DNA of 64,000 nucleotides from Azolla caroliniana (taxonomy: Eukaryota > Plantae > Polypodiophyta). Where the stretch lies: the NCBI GenBank assembly GCA_043228905.1, contig JBHGNT010000009.1:8494001-8558000 (forward strand). The letters run 5' to 3'. The notes beneath the pieces are model-generated. The model worked only from the letters and a program-made list of their open reading frames with translations. It was not told where the DNA came from and ran no database searches. The first letter of the stretch is position 1. Every line of letters begins with the position of its first letter. Made by a program: the position numbers and the translations under genes. This document shows positions 11,656-25,300 of this stretch, one piece after another.

Positions 11656-12937
11656 ATGGATCATTTAATATTCCATAAAGTACTAGCTTCTTGTCTTCAT
11701 TGCTGATGTGCTTGGTTTGAACATTGAAATAGTCTACAACCTTTCTCTCTATCATAGTAGTCTCATTACTTCTATTCTCAATGATATTTAGACCTATATC
11801 GCAACTAATACTATCTTTACCTTTAGTGAGTGTGGCTTTTGTATCCTTTAACAATTGACGATTTTCTTTTTTTTTCTATCGAATACTTTCGTATCGCTTG
11901 TTGTGTCCTGATAGCATCATCCCTATCCTGATGATTATTGAGGGGTAATTCTAAACACCCTCCTTCCCCTTCCATTTGGCTTGATGGGTTAAACCCTAAT
12001 TTTCCTAAAAAAAAGACACGTATTAAAGATGGCTATGGGCAACAACAATACACAAAAATATTCTGCAATACACAAGATTATACACAACAATACACAAGAT
12101 AATCAATAGACAGAATAGTTATTCAAATCCAAGACTGAACAATGGCGGTAATCTAGGGCCGAATAGTGGCAGCAACTGAGTGTAGAATGGCCGTAGTGGA
12201 GGAGTGAACTTTGTTTGATCGAACAGTTTTGGCAATCCAAGAACAAATAGTTGCGGCAACTGAGTGTAGAATGATGGCAATGGAGGAGTGAACTCCGTCA
12301 GATCGAATAGTGGTAGATGATGCTTCGAATGCATAGTGACGACAACTGAGAGTACAATGGCGGCCGTGGAGAAGGAGTTAACTCCGTCGGATTGAAAAGT
12401 GGCAGCAATATAAGACCTTCACAGTAGCGGCAACTAAGTGTAGAGTGGCGGCAATGGAGGTGTGAACTTGGTAGATGATGCTTGGATTGAACAGTGTTGG
12501 CAATTGTGTGTAGAATGGCGGCAATGGAGGAGTGAATTTCGTCGGATCGAATAGTGGCAAATGATACTTGGACCGCATAGTGTCGGTAATTGAGTGTAGA
12601 ATGGCGGCAATGGAGGAGTGGACTCAATAGGGTTTAGCAATAGTGGTAGTAATCTAAGCCAGAATACTCAACCAGAGATGGTCCACGTGATGTGGCAAAG
12701 GATCATGCATAATGGACCTAGGAATTCGGTATATAATTTAGGGTGCACATATCAATTTATGTTGCACGTTTATGTTACACATTTATGGTGCTCATTTATA
12801 TAATTAAAACTCTCTACTATTTTCAATGGTAGCTTTTTGCATAACTGATTTATCAATGGTAGCTTTTTGCAAAAATGACTATTTATCAATGGTAGCTTTT
12901 TGCATAGCTAATTATTTCCACTCGCATGCTTTCACCC
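11656..12937 (-). mobile_element. 5'-terminal fragment of a second Sola-like DNA transposon copy
   Basis: TIR TTTCCACTCGCATGCTTTCACCC ends at 12937. Subterminal sequence, a diverged ~80-bp repeat array (~12130-12620) and transposase exon-1 peptide (LKDTKATL.KGKDS...ERKVVDYFNVQTKHISNE) match 28444-30075. Confidence 0.9.
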
Positions 12938-13480
12938 ATGCTCAAATGAGGGGAGCTAGGCCTCATATTTATAGCCAGACCTAAGTCCTCAGGGAAGTTC
13001 ACACTTGGCCTTAATGGGTTATCTCAATCCCAAGGATTAAAAGTAATCCATCCCTTCTTTACACTCTCATTTAACCCTCACACTTTATCCACGTGTATAG
13101 AATACTACGGTAAAGCTTACCACGGGATATTATATGGTCATGCCCATAACATACTTCCCCTCTTTAAAACATGGCACTCTTGCAATGGAAAGTTAGGGAA
13201 GTTAGTTCTAAGAGTATTTTCGCATTCCCATGTGGCATCGTTGATAGACTTATCCATCCATTTTATATTAAATTCTCGAATTATTTTAGAACGTAAATGT
13301 TTTATTTTAACATCGAGAATTCTTTTTGGTACATGTGGTTTTGAAGATAATTCTTCAAAAGTAACCTAAGTTTCTATTGTAACTGTATTGTACTGTAATG
13401 AACTAGCTTAATGCCTTGATTACTAATAAACATTTTTCTCTTCTTGATCGATTAGTGCCCTTCCTTTTCGTTCTATATGT
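12938..13480 (-). mobile_element. Chromovirus (gypsy) 3' relic: chromodomain, PPT and partial LTR
   Basis: Minus strand ~13160-13320 reads IREFNIKWMDKSINDATWECEN (chromodomain-like), then AAGAGGGGAAGTA and an LTR start TGTTATGGG at 13151. Confidence 0.65.
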
Positions 13481-13834
13481 GTTCAAATGTATATGTATGT
13501 ATGTGAGAGTGCATGTGATGTGTGATCGCCAGTTGGCACACATGTGCTACATTTGATGCATGACATCCATGTTGCTCATTTTCGTCAACATGTATGGAAT
13601 ATACATAAGACGTAATCAGAATGATGAGAATATAAATTAATTGAAGAGCTTGATAGATAAGTTTATATGCTCTAGCCTTACAAATGTCACTTAATATAAC
13701 AATTGAATTAATTTCTATATCGTGAAACAATTGCTTCACGATGTCATTAATGTGTCAACTAGGTGGAATGACCCAATACTACTTCAAATCTAATTGTTTG
13801 CCTTCCTTTTGACCTCTATTGGAACTTTTCTTTA

Positions 13835-16800
13835 CTTCTTTTTTTTATAAAAGATTTTCTTCAATAGTATTAGAACAAAACGCCCGAAGGCTACAACTTG
13901 AACCTAGCTACCAAGGAGGCTACAACTTTTCCTATACAATGATGTAAAATACAAGGATGTTTACATTTGTTGATATCCAAGAAAGACTCCATGGAAGTCG
14001 ATATTTCCATTGAGGCTCTTGACTTGACATTGTAAATAGGGGCACCTTTTTCCATAAGTGAGGAAGCTTTTTCCTTTTCTTCTTCATAGTATATGGGGAA
14101 CCCTGCATATTGTCCTACTGGCCACGGACTACTGCCAGCAAGTTCTCCCATATCTCAAATAGCACATCTGAGAGATGAATGTCTACCCCATCATAAAGTC
14201 GGTTACATCGATATTTCCATAATGCCCATAATGTTATTGTGGTCACAGTTTTCCAAATTTGGACAAATCGCACCTGCTTGCGAGGTTGCTGGAAGGGACT
14301 AACTAATATCAATCTTCTATTATGTATTGTCATTGCCTCATACAACATCAAGCCGGAATGTAATACTCCCCACATCGCTGATCCCCATGAGAATAGGCAA
14401 CCTACATTGATTGTTAGGAATAAAGACATGACTTTCTTCCATACTTGTTGAGCAAAAGAACAAGACCATAGGACATGCTTGGTAGTCTCCTAAGGTTCAT
14501 GGCAAAAGCCACATTGCCGCAAATTGGGTGCTACATTCCCTTTCAATGAAGGACCAACGGGTAGTGCCATATGCACTAATAACCATCCAAAGAGGATAAA
14601 TTTAGTTGGCCCCTTGCATGACCATATCCATTTCTAATAGGTTCTCAAATGCAAAATGGAAACACCCCAATTGGTCCAATGTTTCTGAGTTGTTGGTATC
14701 AGTACATTCTGAGAGAGCAGTAATGATCTTCCAAGTTTTACTGAGTATTGAAAGATGTTAATCTTGCAAAAGGATCTTTTGCGTATAACCACAGGATATC
14801 ACACATATGAGCAACTGATGGATAAGGACCAAGGATCCATTTCTTTCCAGTTTTAGCAACCACTCTAACTGGTGCATTTCGCAAGTCCTGTAGCTAACTG
14901 CAATCAAAGGTATAAGATTGCAATTTATTGTTGTCTAGAACCTCAAAATAAGAAACGCACCCGTTAGATGAAACACCCTTAATAGCCATCAATATATCAT
15001 TTGTGAAGCATCCAAACCATAGATGTTCTTGCCTAGGTTGGAAGGTTGTAAAAAACGAGGAATATGTTGCTGATAAGGTGGTCGCCATTATCTTGGCACC
15101 ATGAACTAATTGTAGATGTGCGAATCGATCTTCTTGCAACATTTGTTGAAAATGAGTCCAAGTTCTTACAGATGCAGTTGGCCCATTATCCAATTTACCC
15201 CAAGCAAGGTGAGTAGGCAGGCCCAATACTTTTCTTGCATTATACCGAAATAGAGAATTGGCAAGCATATGCTGATTAAGTAATGAATCCCAAGTAGAAG
15301 GTTTGTCATGTAGCAAAAAGTATTTAATCGCATCCCACTCTCTTATGATTCCTAGCAAAAATCTATTGGATGCAAGATTCCTCCTTGGCATTTTCATGTC
15401 ATTCAAGAACAACCACTTTAGAGAGGGTGACCATTGTCCTCCTATCTTAGGAGTTAATTGCATTAACTGATTTAAAAACATTCATTTCCAAGCTTCTGAT
15501 CTTGGCAAAAAACCTCTGATAACAAACTTAGTAAAGAGAGCTCTTGATTGCATCAAAGGATCTATCAAACCCAACCCTCCATTGATTTTAGTTTGAATCA
15601 ACACATTCCAAGAAACTTTGGCTACTGTAGGAGAGCCATGTTTTCTCCCCCAAAGGAAATTCCGGATCAAGCTTTGCACTTTTGTTATTGTTGATCTAGA
15701 AAAAAGCTTCACTGATGCTATAAACCACATTGATGCCAACAGTATTGTGTTTGCTACTACAACCTGACCCACAAAAGACAATTGTTGGGCATCCCAATAC
15801 AGTAATTTACGTTTTATTGATAATAGTAACGGAGATAGCATTGCTTCTTGCCTTAAATCTATTCCAACCATACATCCCAAATATCGAACTGGCTCACCAC
15901 GATGAAGCCATCAAAAAGCAAAACCTGGATACCACTCAGGATGAGTTTCTGCACCCACCCAAAGGCCAACCAACTTATTCCAGTTAAGTGATGTACCTGT
16001 AGCATCTGAGAAAACCTGCAGAGCATTTTGTACTCGACCGAGACTACCAATCTCCCCGTCAACATAGAGGGTTGTATCATATGCAAACTCAACATCCACT
16101 ATAGTGGACTGTGTAACAGGTAATACTATGCCTTTGATACCAGGAGTTGATGATCTTAGGTAGGACAAGGCTTCCCCAAACAAGATAAAAAGAAATGGGG
16201 CAAGAAAGCATCCTTGCCTCACAGACCTAGAGATAGGAAATAGTGTCTCGTATTCTCCGGCAAACAAAACTGAACTAGAAGCATGCCTGTAAAGGGATGA
16301 AACACCTTTTATCCATGCGGCAGGAAAACCCAACCTTTACAGCACTACCTCAAGAAAATCCCAATCCACTTTATCATATGCCTTTTCAAAGTCAAGCAAT
16401 AATACTGCAAGTTGTTGTTTATGTTGTTGAGCTAATGCAACCATTTCCCAGAACAAAAGATATTATCAAAAATACTTCTATCTTGCAGAAAGCCAGATTG
16501 TGTGTCATGAATAATAGACGGCAATACATGCCGTAGTCTAACTGCAATAGTTTTTGCCACAATCTTATACACAACATTAAGCAATGTTATTGGCCGCCAC
16601 TTGGAGACTTCATCACATTGAGCATCCGATTTAGGAATCATATATACGATTCCTTCTGTCCATTCTGTTGGCATATTACCCATTGAGAATATTAAATTAA
16701 TTGCTCTAATAAGGAGAGGACCAAGAAAATCCCAATAATGCAAATAGAAGCTAATTCCTATTCCATCTTTTCCCGGACAAACATCCTTACCTAAGGATTT

Positions 16801-19199
16801 AGCCGCAACAAAGACCTCTTGAGATGTAAACGGTCGTAATAACTGAGAGGCCATTACATCTATAACCTTCTATTCAATAGTTGCAAGAACAACTTGTTTC
16901 TTGTTAAAATTATATGTCGTAAAAAATTCTGTAGACAATAGGTTATGATAATAATCTGAGACTATACTTCGCATCTCAGAGACATTTGACGTAAGGATCC
17001 ATCAAGTCGCTTCAAAGAAGTAATAGAAGGAGGTCTAGTTTTCCGTTTAAACTGATTAAAGAATTCCTTATTGACCCGATCTTGCCTTTGCGACCAACGA
17101 GCAACATTACGATCTTTCCTTATTGACCATTGAGCGTGCTTCCTGTTTTTCCTTTAGACTGCTTTTTACTTGATGCAAATGACAACATAATGTAGATGAA
17201 GTTGGATACCTTTCCAACAATTGTAGTAATGCTACAAGAGCACGACGCAGGTTAGCAATCTCTGAATTGCAGTGATAAACAGATGCTCAAACTATTTTTG
17301 TGAATATAATCTTTGTATTGAGTAGGACATGAGCCATATTGCTAAGTAAACAGTCATCCGAGAAATTGTAATTTGACCATATCTAAGTGATTGATATCCG
17401 ATGATTATCATCAAATAACAATGCAAGAGGGATATGCAATTGTCTCGAGTATCACCTCTTAGTAAATGTAACATGTAACTTCAAAGGGTCGTGGTCAGAG
17501 ATAGTTGATCCCGAAATAATTCCTATGGATCCACCTACTTCCCAAAAAACACTACTAGCATAAAATCTATGTAGTCGAGACAAATTTGTAGCAACCAAAC
17601 TTCCATCTGATCTAGAAAACTGAAGGGATCCTTGTGTACGTGAAAATGAGTGCACCTTCTATAAATCTAGCAAACCATAGGTAAAATAAAAGTAGTCCCA
17701 ACACTTAGCTTCCCATCCTGAAATTGTAGTAGTTATACCTCCCATTCTATCATCAGCATCCTCGATCATATTAAAGTCGCCTCCCACCAACCAACAATCC
17801 GCTAAACTCGCATAATAAAAAAGAGTTAGCCATAACTTTGCCCTTTCTACTGCAGAATTAGGGGCATAGAGATTCATAAGCCCAATCTTTTCGGATCTTA
17901 TTTTTACAATAGGAATTGTGCCCATTTATTCATAATAGTAGTAGCTGACACAATGATAGACTGCAAATGTTTTTTAATATCAATGCATAATCCAGCCTGT
18001 CGGCCAGTGGGGCCAAAGGCATGAATCCAGAAATGAGTCCACCGTCCTAGTAAAATAGATCCATACTTTCGAATCCTATCCATGCATAAGTGATGCTCTT
18101 GTAAAAAAGGAATATCAATAGTGCCTACATTAGCAGTACCTAAATCCGCGCATAAGAGTCCTTTAAATCTGCGAAAAGCTTGACCACCCAAGCCTTGCAC
18201 ATTCCAGGAAAGAAGATGTAAGGTGTCCATCTTAGACATATTTTATTGGTGTCCTTTTCTCAAGGCGAGCATCCTGACGGCCTTTCTAGGCACCCTCCTC
18301 TGATCTTGCTTGTCTTTTTAAAAGCAGATAATTCCCTGCATACTTATGCACCCTATGATCCTTAACTTACTTTTGAGGGGTTTGAAGTATCAAGGTATCC
18401 TGTGAAACTGTGAATTGAAATCCAGCACAAGGGAGTTTATCTACTTGAGCCATTTCAACACCCATAATATTTGATTGACTAGAAATAGGTTTTCCTATGA
18501 GCTTATCAAAGGGAAACGAATTAACAGAGACATTGATTTGTTGGTTTGCTTCGATTCCCATAACATTTGAAGGCATTTCCACATCTATAATATCTTGAGC
18601 AGAAACGACTTTTCCTTTAAATTTTTGGAAGAAGCCAAATTAACAGCTAGTGTCAACTGCTGATTCTCAACAATTTTCAAGGGTGGTTGCCCTACTACTA
18701 ACCTCGGAAAAGACTTCTAAAGGCAACTGAGTGGAAACTAAGTCTGTCTTTTGTGAGGAAAAACCCGAATTAAATCTCTCTTGGGAAAGATGGGTTGATG
18801 GTTGATCTGAAGTATTCACTTCATGTGACCGATCCTCTTCTACATGGAGAGTAGAATACCTATTCAGTAAGGGGGTAAAATCCTTTAAATTATTAATTAA
18901 CACCTGATGAGGTTTGTCATAAGATACTTGTGAACATGTTTTCCTACGCCCGACCTCAGTCCCACCCTTAGATCTAGCCTGATACAGGACTATATTTGTA
19001 TTGGGTACATGCTTATCTGTGTCTTAATTAAATTTAGGGCAATTTTTTGCCAAATGACCAAATCCAAAACACCGAAAACATTGATCTGGCAAACCCTTAT
19101 ACAATATTTTCTGAGAATAAGATTCCTATCTTGAGTCAAGTAAATTGGGAAACAAGATATTTGAGGGCAAAATTGTAGACATAGAAATCAGTGTGTGCC
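13835..19199 (-). mobile_element. Degenerate L1-type LINE, 5' part cut by an LTR
   Basis: APE endonuclease (LSWNVQGLGG, GGDFNM, SDHDP), RT (WRPITLLN, VRQGC.LAP), C-terminal zf-RVT-like region, ORF1 knuckle (CFRCFGFGHLAKNC, ~19040-19085), T-run (poly-A) near 13840. Many stops. Confidence 0.9.
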
Positions 19200-19946
19200 T
19201 GTCGGATAGGACGGGACCACGGGGGTCTTGGACTAGGGAGTAAGAGGAGGGAGAGAAGCTCAGGAGTTCAACCAAGAAAGAAGAGAACGATTAAGATTCG
19301 AGAGATTAAGATTCAAGAGAATAAGATCTAAACAAGACAAGATACATTATGGAAAGCACCACACCAATTACAACTGTGGTCGTTTAGGCCGAATGTAAAC
19401 CCTCTAGATAAAACCCTAACCGGATAGGGGAAAAGAAGAAGAGGAGGAGGAGGAGGAATGAAACCCCTAAAACAAGATCCTAAAACCCAAAATTCTGAAA
19501 CCCTAATGGCAACCCCAAGAAACCCAAAGGTGGAAGCCCCTCAAAACTGGCCCCTCACTTCCTTTTATAGTAGTAAGGGGTGAGCCACATTACATAAAGA
19601 GGAGGTCAACCCCCCTTCTTTCAATGGGGGAATATTTGGCCTTGATCTTAGGGGGAGAGCTTGATGGAGCCTTAACTCCCTCTCCTCACACACACACTAT
19701 GCCCACTACTCACTACATCTGTACTTCATGTACTCTCCCTTTAGTCTACATGTGCATGTGCACATAAGTGCACATCACATTTACACTTTATGAATTTTCG
19801 TAGTGCACTTTTAACACCTTACATTTACCCTTCCTTTTTTACATTTGTTTCTTTTACAAATCTTCTAACTGCATGTGCAATGTTGCACATCCCTATTTTA
19901 TCCATCCCACTTGGTTTTCTCACCATGGCCAAAAATCCTCACGACA
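19200..19946 (-). mobile_element. Gypsy-type 3' LTR (747 bp) with PPT
   Basis: TGTCGG...CACGACA ends. Followed at 19947 by the same PPT and flank (TCCACCCCCACCAAACCGCA) as at 7166. Confidence 0.75.
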
Positions 19947-20382
19947 TCCACCCCCACCAAACCGCACATCCACCATATGTGCCGAGAAAGGGAAAGAGGT
20001 GAGATTTTCGGCAATGGTGATTAACCAAGTTCCGTCGCTTCCTCGTTGGCCTTGCCCGACTTCGTCTTCCATTTCGAGCATGCCCATCCTTCCCATACGA
20101 ACCATCGTAGCCTCCCGATCTACCGTGTCCGCCACATCTCCCCAAACCATCGGCTTCATCCGATCCACCATATACAATGCTTGCACCTTCCTCCCCGACT
20201 GGTCGTAGTAGACCTCCCGAACGATGTCGCCAATCTGACCACTCTTCCTTTGTTCGCCACGTGTGTTCTCCGATTAGACTCCCGACCACTCCGACCGCAT
20301 GTTGGATACCATCCCTCACGCACCTATTATATTCCTCCTTCAGCCCGATCGTCTCCTCGTCCTAAGCACCTAGGCGTGCCGT

Positions 20383-21811
20383 TGTCGCGAAAATACGACG
20401 AGGATACGTGAACGTTGAGGCAAGACCCCGAGGCCTTTGACTAGAGGATATCAAATTCGTGTATTTATGTACTAAGCATTAACCGAAATGAGAAAGATTA
20501 ACAAATTTCATTAACAAGTAGAAGAAAGATTACAATTAATCCCAAGATTGGGATTACAAAAAGTTTGCTAATGGAGATAGCTAGAGTAATAGATTAGAAG
20601 AAATGAGATATGGATTTTAATTAGAATATTTGGGTTTTTAGCTTCAATTCGAAAATTAGGGTTTTTGAGTTGTATGGCTTTGATTAGGAAATTAGGGTTT
20701 ACTTGGGAGATATGGCTTCGATAAGATAGGGGAGCTCCGAAGGAAAAGAAAAAATATTAAGATAATATGGAGAGCGGATGAGTGTAAAAAAAAGATGGAA
20801 TATATATGGAGTTCTCCCTTGATCATCTGCATGTCCACTTTTTGTTGCATGGCCTCTACTTTTAGTTGCTTAGCTTTTTCTTTTAGTTGCATCTATTTTT
20901 AGTTGCATGGTTTTTTCTTTTAGTTGCATGCAACCGTCCACATGACCTTTACTTTTTGCATGCACTCCAACTTTAGTTACTTGCGTCCACATGGCCTTTA
21001 CTTTAGTTCTCTTCACTTAACTTTAGTTTGTTGCATGATCCAATCTTCCGTCCGTCCATGTCCAACCTCGTCCGGTAGCCGATTCCGCCCGATCGTCGAA
21101 TCCCTCGCCGGTCGGTTCCATTTTGCTTGCCAATTCCGGTTTTGGTTTTGCTTGCCGACCGGTTCCGGTTTGATTGCCGACCAGTTCCCGTTCCTTGTCA
21201 GTTCCCATTCCGGTTCCGGTTTGCTTGCCGACCAGTTCCAGTTCCAGTTTCCTTGCCGACTGGTTCCGGTTCCAGTTCCGGTTTTGCTTACCGGCCGGTT
21301 TCCAATTTGCATACTGGCCAGTTTCAAGATTTGCTTACCAACCGGTTTTTGGATTTGCTTACCGGCCGGTTTCCAGTTTGCATACCGGCCCGTTTTTGGA
21401 TTTTCTTACCAGCCGATTTCCGGATTTGCATACCAACCGGTTTCCGAATTTGCTTACCGACCAGTTTCCGGATTTGCTTACCGACTTGTTTCCGGTTTTT
21501 GGGAACTTGGCCACCATCATCCATCAAGACAAAGTGGCGAAAGTGCTCTTAGCACAAATGAAAAATGAGGGAGCTCAAGGTGCTTATATAGCCAGGGCCT
21601 TAAGTTTCCTATCTATGTGGGATAGTTCTAATTTCCCTATCTTCTCAAACTTCATTTTCACATAACTTGATATGTTTTTTCTCCATTTTGTATATAGTAA
21701 AATACGTTTTGAAGCTCTTGAGTATATCCATCTTTCTATAGTAAGCTACTAATCTAATATAAAATGCTTATTTCATTATTTTTTACATAGTGTGTGAAGA
21801 TTCACACGACA
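20383..21811. mobile_element. Solo LTR (1429 bp) with apparent 4-bp TSD
   Basis: TGTCG...CGACA termini with CCGT on both sides (20379-20382, 21812-21815). GC-rich ~24-bp internal repeats at ~21100-21500. Confidence 0.7.
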
Positions 21812-22355
21812 CCGTCTCCCTCCATTCTGCATTTGCCTTCCGTAGGCTCTACCCATGCATCGATGTTGACCTCCAAATACGCGCTCCTTCTTAGGTCCTC
21901 ATGTGACCACATTACGTGTTCCCCATTTCGGCCTTGCCCGTGGTGCTCTCTCAAGGTAGGGTGTACCTCCATCCCGAAATCCGCATTGGGGATCCCTACT
22001 TCGATGTCCTCCGTGGCTCTCGTTACCGCTTCGTCTTGATGCACACCCTCTCGGCCCGCTCGGCCCCATCCATCCTTCGGGATGTCATGTTTGCTCTTCC
22101 CAGTGCATAACCCTTCGTTCTCCACACACCTCCTCTATTTCCCTAGACACAACCCTCCGCTCATGCCGATCCCAACCGGTCGTAGTAGACCTCCCGAACG
22201 ATGTCGTTGATCCGACCGCTCTTCCTTTGTCCACCCTGTGTGTCCTCCGATTGGACTCCAGACCACTCTGACCGCATTCTGGATACCATCCCTCACGCAC
22301 CTCGTATGTTTCTCCTTCGGCCCGATCGTCTCCTCGTCCCAAGCACCTAGGCGTG

Positions 22356-25300
22356 TGTTAATGGGTGGGTGGTGAAGCCTAGAATGGCTTCACCCCCCTC
22401 CCAAGGGGGTTACGATAAAGAGAGAGCTAGAGAGCAAGACAAATAGGAAATGACACAAAATGAGAGGGGAAAAATGCATATTCCATTACATGCCCCATTA
22501 GGGGTTTATATAGTACATAGTGTAACGGTTAATAATATGACCATTACAAAAGAAGACCGTTACATTCTTGTCACACGCACATAATTGTGCATGTGCTCAC
22601 ACATACTCATCTTCACACACTCATTTACTTTACACATACACATCAACCACATCATTACACCTACCCTTATGCCTCCCCGTATATTCTTACCGATAACACA
22701 TGGCACGCCTGTGGGACAGTGCATTGCACGGTGAACCCACTTGCCATGGCAACTCTTCTCGACCGGAATTCCTCTCATGGCCTCACGCTTTTGGAATTTC
22801 GTCGTCTACCCTCTGATTTTTGAAATTCATCTCTATACCCTTGTCTTTTTTGAAATTTACTCTCATGCCCTTCTTTATATTTCTTCTCTCCTCTTTTCTT
22901 CTTCATCGTCAATTTCTTCTTGGTCTTCTCTTTTCTCTGTTTGTCTGTCTTCTTCTTCTCTTGTTGTCTGCATCCTTTGGTCTTCTTCCATGTACCTTCT
23001 CCTTTTTTTACTTAATTCTTCTTGGCTCTTCTTCTTCCATCTGCCATTTCTAGCCCGTTTCCATCTGTGGTTGTCCCTCTGTCTGTGAGTCGCCTCTATT
23101 TCCCTGTCGCCGACTATGCAACTGACTGGCCAGCTCTATCTGTGGCCATCTGTCTGGTCTATAGGTCGTCTTTGTCTAACAGTCGTGTCTATCCGACGGG
23201 TCCCTTGGTCGTTCCTCGACTGTCTCGTGGCAATCATTCGGTCGTGTCTCAACCCATGATCAGTTTCTCGGAGATGTCTTGGTTGTGTGTCTCAATTGTG
23301 CGCCTTGGCCGCACTCTTTGCCATGCATCTCGGTTGCGCATCTCGGGCGTATTCTGGGCCACACATCTCGACCGTATTCTGGGTTGTGCGTCTCGGCCAC
23401 ACATCTCGGCCGTACTCTGGGTCGCGCGTCCCGGTCGTGCTCTCGGCCACGTGTCTTGTTGCACGTCTTCGCCATGCTGGTTCAGCCAATGCTTTTTGGC
23501 TACTTCTGTTCAGCCCCTTGTCCCTATCTTTTCAACCCTCTACAGGACGTCGACCATCTCATTGTCGGTTCGGTTGTGGCTATGTGGCAACTAGCTATGT
23601 TCGAGGCTGTCTTACTCCGGCTACCGGATTGTCTTTGTCTAGCCAATTGGTGTCGTCTATCTGATTGTTGCACCTTTCTTCGATCGTATGGCCGCCTATG
23701 TCATCATCGAGACATGTCTTCTTCAAGCTCTAATTCTAATAGTGAGGATGATGAACCCAATCAGTGGTGATGATTCTTCCGCAGTGATTGATCCTTCTGT
23801 GCATCTAGGCAAGGAGAACACGCATCATATACCAAGTGATCCAAGCCTCCATAGTGATTCACATTCTCCTCAATAAATTGTTTGTGATCCTGTTCTTTGT
23901 TTACATTGGCACAATAACATGTACATTCGCGTAGCTTAACTTCAAGAGAGAAACTAGCACTAGGACAACACCTCTATTGGCATGCCAAGTCTTGGCCAAG
24001 GCTGGAGGAGGAACCAATGATAGGGACAATCTTCCCCGATAGGTTCTCCTCCAAAACAGATCTAATGAAGCGGAGGAAGAGATTGTGGAAGGTTAGGTCA
24101 GGCTACAACAAGAGTGGCACACACACAACGATGGGAGGTACAATGATCCCCAACAATGCTTGATATAGATCCATCTCCATATTCAATTGCTCTATTTGGA
24201 TTGATGCAGGAATGAGGCATTATGTTGTGGGGAAAACTGAAGAAACTTCTCAGATGGAACGAGCACCATTTCTTTGGTGGGACCAACACACACACACACA
24301 ACATAGCCGCAAACACAAAGATGAAGAGAGTTGAAGATATAGAGATGAACTCTGGGTGGCTAGGTTTTAGGCAGAGAGAGTGAGGAAAGGGGAAAGGGGT
24401 CGAAAGCAAGATCAAGATGCAAAAAGTGATGAGACCAGAGGTGACAGCGGTCCTTGTCCTAAACATAACAGTGTCATATTCTCCCAGATCACGTGCATCT
24501 CGAGGATCCATGGAAGCTCGATCCTAATCGCGTAGAAAAAATCATTCTTCAACTACTTCTTCTTCTTCTGCGTCTTCATCTTCACAGAAACCCTAGCTAC
24601 CGTCTTTCTCTGCACGGAGGTAGAAGCCTGCAAATGCCGAGAGTCATGGTGCAATAGAAGTAACATTGATTTTTCCTGCACAGAAGAATGGTAGTGATGA
24701 AGAAGACGTGAAAACTGTCAGGACGGATGGTTGTGTAAACGACAAACTCTAGATTTCGGCTTGTTAAAGATGCTCAGTTCTTAAAGGACGCTTTGCCATT
24801 GTTATTGAGAAAGACTCTTCTCCATCACAGTGTAGAAGGCAGTACTGAGATCTCCATAGCAAGTTGGCTATCACACAAAAAGTGTAAGAATTTCACTCCG
24901 ATTCGAAATCAGAAATTGAACTTAGACGCAAACAGGAAATAAGAAAGAACACACAATTTACGTGGAAAACCCTGATTTAGGGAAAAACCACGGAACAGAG
25001 CTTTCACTATGAGAAATGACAGAATACAATCATAGAACAATGAAACCTGATTTGGTATGAGCATGTACTGAAACCACGATTTCAGTCAAGCTCTTCAAAC
25101 TCTAGCACGCAGGTGACTATTCCTTCCGAAGCTTCCGAAGCTTCTCTGTCTTTTTCTCTTTTGCTTCACACTTCTTTTCTTCTTACTTAGCTTCTGAGTT
25201 CGTATACTCTTACACAGCCACTACTGTGCAGAAAACCAGTCGTTCTCAGATTTACACAACACACACCCCTCGTTTTTCTCTCAGATATATATATATATAT

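Noticed and set aside
20924-21665. Overlapping repetitive ORFs in several frames
   Set aside because: Products of GC-rich tandem repeats inside a solo LTR.
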